Source: Tubulanus polymorphus (lineage: Eukaryota; Animalia; Nemertea). From it: a DNA stretch of 64,000 nucleotides. This document shows, piece by piece, positions 21,611 through 35,802 of the stretch (position 1 is the first letter of the stretch; each line of letters opens with the position of its first letter). The DNA is taken from contig NC_134027.1 of the NCBI RefSeq assembly GCF_964204645.1, forward strand, positions 23,894,560 to 23,958,559, read 5' to 3'. Made by a program: the position numbers and the translations under genes. The notes under the pieces are model-generated. The model was not told the origin of the DNA. It searched no databases and saw nothing but the letters and a program-made list of their open reading frames with translations.

Positions 21611-24600
21611 CTTTTTACCATTATTTTTAAGTTATCATGTCAGTGTCAAAACACGCGTATAGAGTTTCCTCCATCCTTGAGGTTCCAGCTGATTCGAGTC
21701 GGGCCTATTTCGATCGAATCTGCCCGATTCGAACTGTTATCAGTCTCTCGTCGTCCTTGCAGTGCGAAAAAGGCAAGTTAATTTGCCTATTTGTTTAAAC
21801 GATTTTCATTTCAATCAAGCGCCCGCCACGTAATCGCTAATTGAACAGAATTCGAGTGTTTTTCAACCCATCGAAATCATCTGTTTGTTTTACGTAAACC
21901 AAAACCGATAACGCACACACGCGCAGGCGCGTCGTCGCAGTAAAGGTACACGCGTCCCCGTCGTCGATGACTGCGGTGACCATGACACGGTATTCAATTG
22001 TTATTCGCTCGACATTCCGTCGTTTTCGTAATACGCACCAGATGGCAGCAGTTTCCAGTCGACATATTTTTGCGCATTCACCTGCAGATCTTGCAGTTTA
22101 TCAAAAAATTGCATTTGTCTACTGAATGATTGTTCTCATTAGTATTTTCTTTAGTGTTTTATTTGAATAGATATCTCTATGCATAGACAGTCAAAATAAG
22201 CTACTATTTCTGTTGGTTAATTTAAAAAGTTTACTGTGTTATTGAATTTTCTACAGTGTTATAAAATCTGTACATTTTAATGGGTTTGAGCGTAAAATAA
22301 ATGAATAAATATTTCGAATAGAGCGTCATAATCCTGATAGGAAGGACGGATTTTGCGATAAGTCGCGAATTAACGATACAGACGACAATTTCTACTAATG
22401 ATTTCTACTTATCTACTTCTACTTATCACGGACGGAAAATGCTAGTAAATTAGAAATCAATTATATGAAGTCCATTAAACTATATCAATGCGTAATCAAT
22501 TAATTATCAATATAGTTTTTTAATAGAATAAGGAGATGTTAGAGAGCAATAATTTCAGCTGTCATTAATCAATCTGTCCCCTCCTCAACCCCCCACAGCC
22601 CCCCCTCAGACTTATAGCATTCTGTCGACACACTCCGACTGATAATGCGAGTAGCGGACACCGATTAACTGACCACTGATGAAGAAATGAATGACCACTG
22701 ACCAATGAATGACCACTGAGCAGCAGAATGAATGACCACTGATTGACCAGCACTGCCGCTGATGGTCATATAGATGATGTCTGCGTTCACTTCTTGAGTC
22801 AGTACTCGATGACAAGCAGGTCGAAACACTTATAACGTCTGAACGAGTTCGTAAAAATCTTGTAAATAATATAAATCCCGCACTACAGCAAAAATCCGCA
22901 AAAATATCAAATCTAAAAAAAAAATTTTCCAGTTCTCTTTCCTAAAAAAAAAACAAAATAATTTTTTTCTTTGTGTCCACCTCAATTTTTGAACTAATAA
23001 TTTGCAAAGAGTTTTCTTCATTTCTCCAATTATTGAAGTCAATAAATTTCGCTCTAAAAAAATTCTAATCTTTTTTCTCAGTTCCTACAAGCTTTTACAA
23101 GGAAAATACTAAAAAACCCACAAAAAATCAATTATCAGTCCCTTTCATTTTAAAATGGAAAAAAAAGGAAAACGATCTTTTTCCGAAAATCTTCCCTTCT
23201 TTCTCCCATCTTTTTCTTAGAATACATTTCGGATTTGATCGGGCCCGGTCGTCCATTCACACGGGTGCAAAAAAGGGCCCGACCAAAAACACCAGTCCAA
23301 GCCCAAATTTGATTCGTGTTTGATCCAGGGCCAGTTTGACCTTGGCTAAATCGTCTCTGCGTGATTGCGGCTAAAAACTGTGGAACTAAGTCCAGTAGAT
23401 CAGTCAATGGGTTAATAGTAATTGAAACTCAGTCAATGGGTAAATAATGGAACCTCAGTCTATCATCTGAGGTCAGTCTGTCAGTAGTGGAACTGTCAAC
23501 TCTGTGAATGAACGCATGAAGACAATGGCTCGCTAACACAGTCAATGACCATATTCACTCAATGCCGACCGGCGTGGGCGGTCAACTGATCAATGAGTGG
23601 TCATTTACTACGGACCATCTGACCGTAACGTACTAGTCATCAGTCAACGGTCACTCAGCTTAATTCACTAGAAACTCTTAGCGGCCAGCGGGACGAATCA
23701 ATCAGCGAGACCTATTAAATAGCAAACAGACGCGCAACTTTATACCAGAGTCTAATTGATGAACTAGAAATAAATGTCTAATCTAAATTTGACTAGTTCT
23801 TCTGCTTATTTTGAGGGCAAAAATGATCGCCTCAAAGAAGCTCATAATATTTAGATTTGAAACAAGACTAATGGATTTAATGAAGAGATTTTCTGGGCTC
23901 CTTAAGTTCGTTGTAACTAGGTTCCACTGTTATTTCATCCCAGATATAACAGGTTATAACGAACAGATTTTCTTATCGTTTAGAATTTCCTGCAGATAGC
24001 CATTTCCATAATCGCGAGTTTGAGCTAACTTTCAAATTAGTTCATTTCTGATCGGTAATTGATCAGAATTGAATTAGTTAATTTTTGATAAGTAGATAAG
24101 AATTGAAACAGCTCATTTTTGATTAGTTGATTTCACTATGTAAATTAAGGTCAAACTTTAACTCAATACCGAGGAACCGGGCCGAATGAAGTTAGTCGTA
24201 ACAAGGACGATCTCGAGTAGATACTAAGAGATGCTGGGAACAGATTTCAGATACGATTGTTTCTTGGTGTTGTTTTTCACATTCGAAGATATCGTTTGTT
24301 CGAACGCGCGCGGCCGCACCGAGAGAGATGACAATGCAAAAATGCATCTAGGCGCAAACGGTCTTTGTTTGACGTCGAATTCATTTGAATAAAAGTAGTT
24401 CCGTCATTCTTTACGGGCGTCGAGAGTAAACAAACGCGACAACAGCGTCGCGGTGCGCGCCCGCCGCAACCGAGCAGACGGACGGACAGCTCTTAAAATA
24501 AAAACAACCGGTACAGATTAATTTTCACGACGTCGTTAATTAACCCTCCGCGCTCGAAGCCAGTCTGAGATCGGCGCTCGTCGAGGACCACCGGATTATC

Positions 24601-25099
24601 ATCGAAGACGATAAATAGGAAAAAAAGGCGACTCGAAAACAATGGCTACGAGAGTGACGCGCTGCGCGCACACGGCACTGAGCACCGAACAATAAACAAA
24701 GACAAGACCGGCATTCTCCACACGCTGATCAATCCATACAAACAAAATATTGATGGAGGAGTGTGAAGGGAGACGATACCATCTGGCGATAGGAAAAAAC
24801 CCGAATGACGGTGTATCACAAGGCGATAACTTTGACCCGTTTATAAATAATTCGCCGATTTTCCCCCCTCACGAAGTTTTCGGTAAACAGAAAATTTCCC
24901 GCGTGAATCGGCTGCAGGTGAATGGTGAGATTTCTTAAGTATGAAACGTTTACAATATTCATTAATCACGAATCATGTATTGATAAAGAGACGCCTGGTT
25001 AATAGCGTTATCCGAATACTGCGCTCGATGTTTTCCGTTCTGCAAAAATGTCTCTTCATTCACGTGACACGAGGCTATTATACACTCAACGGAGAAATT

Positions 25100-25530
25100 T
25101 GATTGAAAATGAACTTTTAAGCGCCAGATATTGGGCATTTCATTCGCAAACTTTCAAAATGTGATCATTCACACCACACATACACATGCGTTCAGGATAT
25201 TTCTAATTGAAAATGAACCACAAACACCAGACATTAGACATTTTATCAGCAAACTTTCAAAAACTGATCTTCCAAACTTTACACGTGTCCAGAACTTCTT
25301 CACCTGACACATTTTTAATTGAAAATGAACTACAAACACCAGAAATTAGACATTTTATCAGCGCACTTTCAAAAACGGATCTTCCACACTTCACATGTGT
25401 TCAGAAATTCTTCACCCGAGACATTTTTGATTGATGAAAGACACCGAAGAATTAAAAACTTAACAAACTAAACCAGAAATTAGACATTTTATCGGCGCGC
25501 TTTCAAAAACTGATCGTACACGCTTCACAC
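25100..25530 (+). repeat. Degenerate ~110-bp repeat family; reverse copies at ~48715-48790 and ~61400-61830
   Basis: Recurrent gaaaatgaac.acaaacaccaga.attagacattttatcagc.cactttcaaaaactgatc. Confidence 0.75.
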
Positions 25531-25673
25531 TACATCGGCGAATATCTGAAGGGGTTCGAGTGGCGGGCTGCATAGATAGATATATAATGAAATCGAACAT
25601 GTTTGAACAGCCATCGATGTCTGCAATAGCGCGCAATCGTACATATTATAAAATTCGAAAATGAAATACATAC

Positions 25674-25682
25674 CTGAGCCAT
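25674..25682 (-). CDS. FoxP: Putative FoxP start (ATG GCT CAG = MAQ) within a 56-nt exon at 25674-25729
   Basis: Acceptor tgtattttcag at 25730 and strong donor CAG|GTATGT. Phase 0 gives MAQ|ENGHSDK when joined to the 15005 exon. Confidence 0.6.
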
Positions 25683-28192
25683 ATTCTATATACATGAATG
25701 CGGATTCTATAGAGAATTCATCTCGCTTTCTGAAAATACACACACAAATAAAATAACAATGAAAACATCATCGATGCGTATTGAACGTTCGGCAGCTGAT
25801 AAAATATTTAGTTTTCGTCTGAACCCGGGTAGGATCTGACAACACAAATACTGTAATTACAGACCGATGCTGAATGGAAATTAATGACAAATCGAAATAC
25901 AAATCGTAACAGCGTTTTTGACCTGGGTTAAATTTCGCCCAGCCAATACTGTTCACGCCGGTGCCAACTGACACGGGCCCAAACTGAGTCGGGATTACAC
26001 GGAGACGATTTGGTCCGGATCAGGCCTAAGTCAAATTTGGCCCATGCCTTATTAGAGAGCGCGTTCATAAACCACTCACTCCATACTAACAAATGCTCAA
26101 ACAAAGCAAAGTGAGTCACTTCCGGAACCAGTTGCAATTCAAGTGTGTCCCGTGCTAAAATTCAGCTCAGGCCTAGTGCGACATTTTTTGGTCGGGCCAA
26201 ATTTGTTTTGTTTCTGCCTGTTTCGTTTTGCGCCTTCGTAACAGTTAGTCATTTACGTGTGAACACGCTCTCTAATTAGGCCCGGGTCTAACTTAACGTT
26301 GGCCTGGTCTGGATTAGTTTGACCCCAACTAAATTGTTTCCTTACAATTACTCATATAAAACATGGCCCTACAGATTAGTCATTCCTGGATATAAGGAAT
26401 TTTAAAGGATGATACTTCAAGGAATTGTCTGCATCACTTCCATATACCACAATTACAACTTAGACTCCTCCAGATCTAACGACAACTTATGTAAACCATC
26501 AAGTCAGTGGTTTTGTAAGCAAATATTTATCGACACAACTAAACTCTATTTCGAATTCGGTTACCGCCTAATTGGGTAAAGAAAAAATCCTGCATCCAAC
26601 ATGAGTGTAGTTTACTATATACAACAAGTGCTTCGAATTGCCTGTTTCTCAAAATGGAAGGAGTTTCTTGCTCAAAACAAACGAGTTTCGAACATCTTCA
26701 AAAGGTATTTTCAGTTTAGAAGTTTTTAAAGAATCAAGGTGCGGTAGGCACCCGGTAAAATAACAAGGTCCAGATTCTAAAGCTTCAACAACCCATCCAT
26801 ACCGCACATCGACACTTAAACGTGGACATTTTTTTTTAAGAATCTATTTTCCCAGTCTATCCAACTCCAGGCGTGTTTTTATTTATCGACAAGAAGTAAA
26901 CACCGCATCATCGTTTCATACAAACTAAACACATCAACCCCATACAACAACAACAAAAAACATAACATTTTTTCGAAAAAAAACGGAGATAGGGAGAGAG
27001 TGGTGGTGGGAAGAGGGCGGCTGAAAATAGCGCCGTAAACAAGTAAATAAACAAGCTACAAAACTCAGCTCAACATAAACAACATAGTCCAGACTGGCGG
27101 ACGTGTTTTCACATCATCGCAGATTTATACAAAGAAACTACTATAGGCCTACTACACTATAGGGCGCTCACTGTCAGCTAGCAATAAACAAAATATCGGA
27201 AAATATCATCCGCGGAAAAAAATCTTTCCATGCTGCGGAAGGAACAGAAAAGTGTTCAGTACCGGCATAACATCGGAGGGTAAGCAAGCACTCAGTCACA
27301 GCGCAGAAGCGGTTAGAAACTTATGAACCAGTCAGTGAAATGCCCCTGAAAGGCGTATCTAACTTGTCATCGCCACTAGTATCTAGTTCTTCCTCAAATA
27401 GATATAAATATCTACCTCAACGTGATAATAGTTTAGTGAGAGGCTGAAGTGCTGAAATGCGAGTCTTTTGGGGCAAGTCTCTGATGCGTCATCAGTGTGC
27501 ACTGTCTTTCACTTCGATTTGCAGTTTCAGCAATACTGGGATTCCGAACCCTCCCACGCTGTGTCGACTAGATTTACACTATTCCAGAATAGATATTCCG
27601 GAGGGGCAGTTGCTCAAAGGTTGGTTAAAGATAACCGGCCCGATAAATAACATAGTAATGATAAACTTATTAATCGTCAATCCAGCGGTTAACTAAAACG
27701 TGCCGATCAAAACGTGCCTAAATTTTCGTAAATAAATTCAAAATGTAAACACAGGCTATTGTTTAATATCATCTAGGCCTACCTGTTGCCGATACGACGA
27801 CCGATTCCGAATTGAATCGATCGACTCATCGACCGCTTTTCCGTTACGATTAGATTCGAACGAAAAGTTTGACAGATGTTTGAACTATCTTCGAGACTTC
27901 GTCGTTGTCATCATCTTTTTATTATTGCGACTATCTCTTTCACGGCGCGCGCGGCGTCGTTCAAACGTTTGTCCGCGTTCGCCCGTTCATTATTTCAAGG
28001 TTAATAATCCGTAGTCGCGGGTACACGCGAACTCAAGGTCGCGCAGTTACCTGCCGTTTGATTCATGATAATTATCACCGGCGTTCAGTTATCGATGCGT
28101 ACGTCTTCGCTTTAATTCGACGGTTTTCACAGTCGTTTGGGGGCGGCGAGACAAACTTGCAGACAGAAAGAAATTAAATTTGATGCCTTACC

Positions 28193-28395
28193 AAGAGAAA
28201 TCCCACAATAACGAAGCCAAGATGGAAAAATTCTATATCAGGATGATTCAGTATGATGATGGCTAATAGTTGTTAGACGAAATGTCGCTCCTCAAATACA
28301 ATCATTCTGATATAGAATTTTTCAATCTTGGCTTCGTTATTGTGGGATTTCTCTCGTTATCATCATACACGGATATTGTGTATCTTCTCGTCTAA
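28193..28395 (+). mobile_element. Fold-back element with degenerate hammerhead core and TSD
   Basis: Inverted arms of about 54 bp (28195-28248 and 28300-28354) around TGATGA-tggctaa tagttg ttagac-GAAATGTC. Direct repeat ttgatgccttacc at 28180-28192 and 28396-28408. Confidence 0.65.
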
Positions 28396-28409
28396 TTGAT
28401 GCCTTACCC

Positions 28410-28990
28410 TCTAACAACCTCCCCCTCTACCATTAGACAACATCCTCTACTCTATCAGAAGACAACCCCCTCCCGATTTCAGAATGGAAATCCCCTCCCC
28501 GATTTCAGAAGGGAAACCCCCTCCACTTTATCAGGACCCCTTTCAAGAGAAACCCCTAATATCTAACATCACAAAACAGCTCCCCCCTATATCCGAAGGA
28601 ATGCCCCCTTCCCACATCAGAATACAAACTCTCTCTTTATCAGAATACAACCCCCTCTCCACTATGAGAAAACACCCCTCTCCTCTATCGGAAGACCCCC
28701 TCTCCCCTATCAGAAGACAAACCCCCTCTCCTCTATCATAAGACACCCCCTCTCCCCTATCAGAAGACAAACCCCCTCTCTTCTATGAGAAAACACCCCA
28801 TTTCCTCTATCATAAGACTCTCCCCTATCTCCCCTATCAGAAGACAAACCCCCTCTCCTCTATGAGAAAACACCCCCTCCCCTCTATCAGAACAAAAACC
28901 CCCTCTGTAATTCAGAAGGGGCAACCCCTCCCTCTGGGAAGACAAACCCCCCGCTAAATGAAAAAGGAACCTCCCCCCTTTATCAGACGA
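28410..28990. repeat. C-rich degenerate ~25-29 bp tandem repeat
   Basis: ccccctctcccctatcagaagacaaa units. Confidence 0.8.
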
Positions 28991-29589
28991 TAAACTCCCT
29001 CGCCTTCATCGCCGAGTGTCACAGATTAGACTTTCATAGCGTATCAATCTCGTAATCTTCTTACACTCCTCACATCTGATCAATAAAACCAACAAAACAA
29101 ACAAAATCTCCAACATAAATAAACCACGCGCCCGATTGATGACGACGACGGACTCTTATTATTCACTAAAAATAACATTGAATCCTCCGTATTAAAAACA
29201 CAAAGCAAACGACAGAAACCAATAAGATTACGTTCGCGATGAACTTTCACAACTGTCAGACTTTTCAAACAATCATTTCCAATTGACAATCCGCTAAAAT
29301 AACAATATTATCGCGCCGATGAAAACGGTTTTTTTCTTCGAGATAATTTAAAAAAAAGGTCGCAACCGAGATCGAATCCGAAACGGACTGACAGTTTACG
29401 GTTCGACGTTCGATAACTTTCGACCCCAGAAATCATGATTAGTCACTATTAACCAGGTTTTATGGGAAGTATTTCAAATTGAATATACACATAATATAGT
29501 AACGCAAAAATACACGGGCGAGAAAATTAACTTAAATGCACGACTGCCAACCTCTGAAATGCGCTATCAGCAACAAATAGAATTTTTTT

Positions 29590-30020
29590 CAGTAACATTT
29601 CGTTGAAATATGAAAGAAAATGTTCGAATTAATCAGTAATCTACAGTAAGACCCTCAGTAAGATCTTTAATATTTCTGTTCGAATTGATCAGTAATCAAC
29701 AGTAAGACCCTCAGTAACATCTTTCATATTTCTGTTGAAATTAATCAGTAATCAACAGTAAGACCCTCAGTAACATCTTTCATATTTCTGTTGAAATTAA
29801 TCAGTAATCAACAGTAAGACCCTCAGTAACATCTTTCATATTTCTGTTGAAATTAATCAGTAATCAACAGTAAGACCCTCAGCAACTTCTTTGACATTTC
29901 TGTTCAAATTAATCCATAATCAAGAGGTAAAACCCTTAGTAACACCTGTCATATTTCTGTTCAAATTAATCAGTAATCAACAGTAAAGACCCTTGGTAAC
30001 GTCTCTCACATTTCTGTACG
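29590..30020. repeat. 56-bp tandem repeat, about 7 copies
   Basis: Unit starts at 29631, 29687 and 29743: aatcagtaatcaacagtaagaccctcagtaacatctttcatatttctgttgaaatt. Confidence 0.9.
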
Positions 30021-31361
30021 CATCAAAACAATCAAATCAGTATTTCTCGTTATAAAAAAGTCCATAGTTATACAATACTGTTAGTCCATAGTTAAGAGTT
30101 ATTCACAATATTGATGACAAAGCGGGCACTACCCAAAACCCTAGTTCCATAGTAGGGGGAGTTTAATCTTATACATAACTATGGAATCGGGTCTGATGCT
30201 GGAAGCCCAGTCCAACCGGAGCCACCCTTTGATGTTTCCGGATGTCATGATATTCAGCGCCACACTTCATGCTATGATTGATCTAACGAAGTCAGTCTAT
30301 AGAATATTGACATCGATGCAAACTGTGACCGAGAGACGACTTTCAAACACTTTCAGTTTCAAACACAGTTTCACTTGAAACATTGCTTCATTTTGAAGGC
30401 AATTGAACCGATGATACTGAATAAGTGATTTTAATCATCTTTGAACTCAGTCTATAGAATATTGATATTTCGATACAAACTGCGGCTGAATGACGATATT
30501 AAACACATACGTAAATGGACCCAAGGTCCACCAAAAACTGGTCTCATCGCAAATCTCGATACTGTCACTAGATCAATTTGCATAATTTATAGCAATTTGA
30601 TTTGTATCTGAATTTGCATAATTTATAGCAATTCATAATACGAGAGTAAAAGACAGAAATAAAAGTCTCATCAAGAGTGACAAACTTGGACAAAATCCGT
30701 GTCGGTCCCACCCAAACTGCACAGCCATCGCGCGCGCACACGGAAATTTTGTTTTCCTTATTATTTTTTCCAGTTTATATCAGTTGCGAGGGGCGCGTTT
30801 GATGTTCGGAAAGCCATCATCAAATATAATGCCATACCAGAACCGTAGATCTTCAAACAAGCAAAGAAATGATGTTGACACAATGTCTGTTTGCTGGGCG
30901 CGCGATATTTACCTAATAAATAATAACTTTACAGTAAACATCGGCGAGAACGCCGAGCCGGGTTATTTGTTTACGCAAGCCGGTCGTGGCGGGGCAGAAA
31001 AACACGAGGCCCATCTGACAACTATACTTAATTTCCGTTCATCTTCCACTAATATCAGCAGCCATCACGACAAATTCATGTTTTGTTAACCTATTGTAAA
31101 TAAGTCTGCAATCCGCGTCTGCTCTGTTCAGGGGTACGTGTACGCGTGCGTCATATCGTCGTCATATCTTAGTCTCGAAACACAACACGACTGCAACGAA
31201 TCATAACAAATGACAGCATTGCCCTCTACCTCCCACCCTACCAGACCAGGGGTGGATTCAGACTCTATTCCATGTTTTCCTGGATACAGCGATGGCGATT
31301 GAAAAAATTTCCATTTTATTGAAAGCGCCCTCTTCATTTTCTGTCATAGTCCATGAATAAA

Positions 31362-31580
31362 CATTTCTGCGAGTTATATCTCCAATAACAATATATACGA
31401 CCCACAGAGACTTCTGCTGGTTATATCTCCAATAGCAGAATATACGACCCACAAAGACTTCTGCCAGTTATATCTCCAATAGCAGTATATATGACCCAGA
31501 GAGACTTCTGCCAGTTACATCTCTGATTACAGTATATAAGGCCCACAGAGATTTCTGCCAGACACATCTACAATAACAGA
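31362..31580. repeat. ~47-bp tandem repeat
   Basis: ttatatctccaatagcagaatatacgacccacagagacttctgccag, repeated 4-5 times. Confidence 0.8.
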
Positions 31581-33264
31581 TGACATTCCATCAAGAGGGG
31601 TCTAAAACGATGCCACAAGGGCACCGTTTTTCCAGTGTCCATTTAAAAGGTACTCTGTGCAGAATAAAAAGTGCCCTTCTCAAATCTGGAATACAGTGAG
31701 AAATGGGTGTTGTATCCGCACCTGCAGATAATACGACCTTCCTCTGACCAGACACCCCCTTCTAGATAGTCTCGGGGTGCTTTTTCAGTGAATCGCCTAC
31801 ACGATAGACCTTTACACGATAGAGCTTGTAACTACTCATTATGATAACAAAAACAAATACATACAGAAAAAATCACCAATATCATTCATGCACTATAGGG
31901 CATGTTTATTTCCTGGAAGTGATGTGTTCTTTGCTTTTGAAGATTTTGATCAACGCTAAGCATCACAAATACAAATGCTTCAACAAAAACATTTCAGGTG
32001 ACGCTAACGTTAAAAAAAGCAGCACTTTCCATCGATCATTGACATTTTTGTGAAGGCCTTAAGAATTTTTTCTTTCCAAGAAATGGCATTTAATGGCTCA
32101 TAGTGGAACCAGCTACAAAACATACTATACACGCGTACCTTAATGTCTGTCCAAAAACTGAGACAATTCGATTCGATGTAAAGCACCTTTGACCGTCTCG
32201 ATTTGGTTAATTAAGGAAACCTTGATGGAGCAAAGTCGTTTCTCTAATTGAGAAGCATGCAGAAGAGAAAGGGTGAACTGAAGCGAACCCGACTTACTGC
32301 GTAGACATACGAAGCTCGCATATAATGGGATCTCCTTATTCGGAGTCCCACAAACGCTCGGATTGCATTTCAAAGTTTTCGGCAAGAGAATAGCCCTATC
32401 TGTGGTGCTGTGATACTGTTGACTATGGTGTATTCTGACACCGAGGCTGGGTCCACCTCGAGGCTAAGGGACAGGGCGATAGGCAGAGTACCGTGATGGA
32501 GGGTGCGAGAGACAGGGGGAGGAAAGACAAGATAGGTGATGGAGGTGATGGAGACAGACAGAGAGTTCATTAAGGAAGGAATGGCAGGAGAGGGAGGAAC
32601 AGAGGAGAAAGAGGCAGAATGGTTATCAATAAATCGAGTAGAGGAGGACAGGCAGAAGAGGGGATAGATGGAGGACTACCTGATACATAATCATTGTGGT
32701 TTTTGCCAAAATAGGAGAATAATTTGACATCGACAATTATACTAGTTTAATAGAAAATGAACTAGAAATTATTCAGATTTTTTTTAGGATTATTTTGATA
32801 TTTAAAATAGTTGTGATATAGTCAGGTCCTGCAAGCGCCGCCCCCCCCCCCTCATGATAATCAGTGATCATCATTCTGTATTCATTACTCAGACGTCACG
32901 GTTACCATGGAGTTATTATTTACAAATTGAAAAATCGCCGGCAACAAAAGATTAATGACAATAAATGATTAATTAACGATTGAGAAACTAATCAGATCAT
33001 ATTAATGATCAATAGATACCCTGATTATTCAACGGTTTATTACTTACATACAACAATTCCAATTTTTATTCGACTTTTCCATTCAGATTCCAGGTGCCCT
33101 CAGGACGCAAGATATGGCCTGTCTTAGCTTGATCCAGTAATCTATAGGCATTCAAACTCTAGGCCTGAAAGCCAGGGCATAGTTCTATCGATCTATTTCG
33201 ATTCACCCTAAAAATTTAGGAAATAATAGTTCCTAACACTGGATGTCGTCTTATATAGCTTAAT

Positions 33265-33790
33265 CCTGGATCTGTGGAACTGTATCCAGAGTGAAATTAA
33301 ACCTACACAACAGTGTAACTGGATTAAGAGCCAAATTAAACCCACACAACTGAGGAACTGGATCCAGAGTCAAATTAAACCCACACAACTGAGGAACTGG
33401 ATTCAGAGCCAAATTAAACCCACACAACTGAGGAACTGGATTCAGAGCCAAATTAAACCCACACAACTGAGGAACTGGATTCAGAGCCAAATTAAACCCA
33501 CACAACTGAGGAACTGGATTCAGATCCAAATTAAACCCACACAACTGAGGAACTGGATTCAGAGCAAAATTGTACCTACTCAACTGAGAAACTGGATCTT
33601 TGACTGTGGGACTGGATCCTAAAGCAAATAAAACCCACACAACTGAGGGACTGGACCCAGATTTTAATGCAACCCCTGTGGAACAGGACCCAGTAGGAAA
33701 AACATTTCTAACTGAGTCTCGAATCAAGACCCGCTGAGCCGGATCCATGGTCGAATTAAATTCAAAACTGTGTAATCGGGTCGGGAGTCA
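33265..33790 (-). repeat. 39-bp minisatellite array, reverse orientation
   Basis: Units read aaattaaacccacacaactgaggaactggattcagagcc on the plus strand. Confidence 0.9.
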
Positions 33791-34744
33791 AATAACAGGT
33801 CATGAATCATACAGACCGATCATCCCTGTTATCAATATCAACCGGTTACTAAACGTTTACATCAATCGGGAAAACATGATCCAGCGTTGAACAACAACAT
33901 CATCATCATCGTCGGATCGAGAGAGAGGGGATAGACAGCCAGCGCAGAACGTACACAGCCATGTTTTTAATAGGTGAAACACAAAAAGCCTCGCCATACC
34001 TCGAGCACATTCATAAAATCAAACAAACAAACCTATATACATATATATATATATATATACACTTACAGTGAGTGGAGATCGGGACTATATCATATACACT
34101 GCACGTCATAATCATGAGAAAAATAAACAGTTTATTCAATTTTCATGAACTCAGTCGATAAATAAAGAAAACTCTATTCACTGGGCCGGTAAATATACCT
34201 GACGTAGATTGCGATCTTCTCGAAGAGATCAAGTGATTTCTAAGAAGCCGCTCTCGCCAGCGCATCGGCCCGACGCGCGAAAAAAAAACTAGTTCTAGTC
34301 GAATTATATTTCTCGCCCACGAATAATATATATATCGAGTTTACAAACAATTCGGCGCCGGCGCAGGGAGAAAAATTACAACGACGACGAGAGGCCTCCG
34401 CGTAAACAAAAACTATCACCGGGGCTCGTGTTTACCGGGAGTGTTTTCATATTCGATGTATGAATGGTGTGAAGAAAAAACTCGGGTTTGTTTAGCTTCT
34501 GTAAATGTCAGTTCGTTTTTTCTTTCTGACGTTCCCGCGCGCGTTACGTCGACGCATTTTCGACAAGAATGACCTTCGCGTTATTGCGACATTTTTTTTT
34601 CCTTTAAATTTCAAATAAAAACGGATCAGATTCATCTTTATGAAATGTTTTATTTATAATATGAATGTCGTAAGTGTCCTGTTTTGTTCGCTACGAACGG
34701 AGATGAACTTCAGTTACCGGTTGCACTAGATAGTTAAGGTCTAG

Positions 34745-35282
34745 AATTAAGAATAGTTTAAAAGCCCATTTTGGTTCCATAGCCAATCTTAAGACCAGGA
34801 TCTAAGCTAATTTCTGTTCCATAACCCATTCCACTTGAGACTCAACCTCATTTGGTTCTATAGCCAATCTAACAAATTAAACCCAGCCTAAGCTCATTTT
34901 GGTTCCATAGCAAATCATTCTTAGCCCATTTTGGTTCTATAGCCAATTCAACAACATAAGACTAGGCTAAGCAAATTTTGGTTATATAACCAATTCAACA
35001 ACTTGAGGCCAGTCTAAACCCATTTGGGTTTATAGTCGATCTAACAACTTAAACCCAGTCTAAGCTAATTGATGTTCCATGACCAATCAACAAAGACCAG
35101 TCTAAAGCTCATTCTGATTCTATAACCAATCTCACAACATAAAACCAGTCTAAGCTCAGCTCATTTTGGTTCTATAGCCAATCTAGCGACCTAACACCAG
35201 TCTAAGCTTATTTTGGATCTAGCGCCATTAAAACAACTTGAGATCAGTCTCATGATTAAAAACCACTTTCGGACTCAAAAGT
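34745..35282 (+). repeat. ~47-bp repeat family array
   Basis: About ten degenerate units. Confidence 0.8.
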
Positions 35283-35802
35283 CATACGACTGCATCACAG
35301 GTTCACATTGTAACCTCGCTGAATACTAAAAGGATCATACCCTCCACAGCCGCCTAATGAGACCAAAACAAATGATATAGCTAGAGCAGATTCATAGCTC
35401 GAGTAGGTATGTCATCCCCGCCCCTCGTACAGAGCTGACAGAAAAACAAATATCACGACTAAATGAAAAACGTATGAGGAATGAGGAACTTATGAGGAAT
35501 GAGGAGTACTTCATTTAAAAACATCTTCACAATTATGTCTTGTCAGTCGCAGATACGCCGTTGAAGTATAAGCGAAGACACGCGCAACCATTTAGATGTC
35601 GATACAACCTGGCTGCCGGCGAAACTCTTCAAAACGACTACGACGAGCGCCTCGCGTCAGACGCGCTCGCAAAATCGCGCCCGGTTTTTTAATCGACTAC
35701 GATCAACATCGATAACACATATTTTAATTAAAGTCTTTGATTATTTATATTCGGATGGATTTTAATTAATACAATGGAATATTATTCACCGGAAGTCCTA
35801 AC

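Noticed and set aside
22560-23700. tgaccactga / tcaatg-rich region and its short ORFs as FoxP exons
   Set aside because: Low-complexity degenerate repeats with no convincing paired splice sites or homology.
31840-32570. Possible decayed retroelement coding fragment
   Set aside because: Composition differs from the flanks, but I recognise no RT, endonuclease or transposase motif in the translations.
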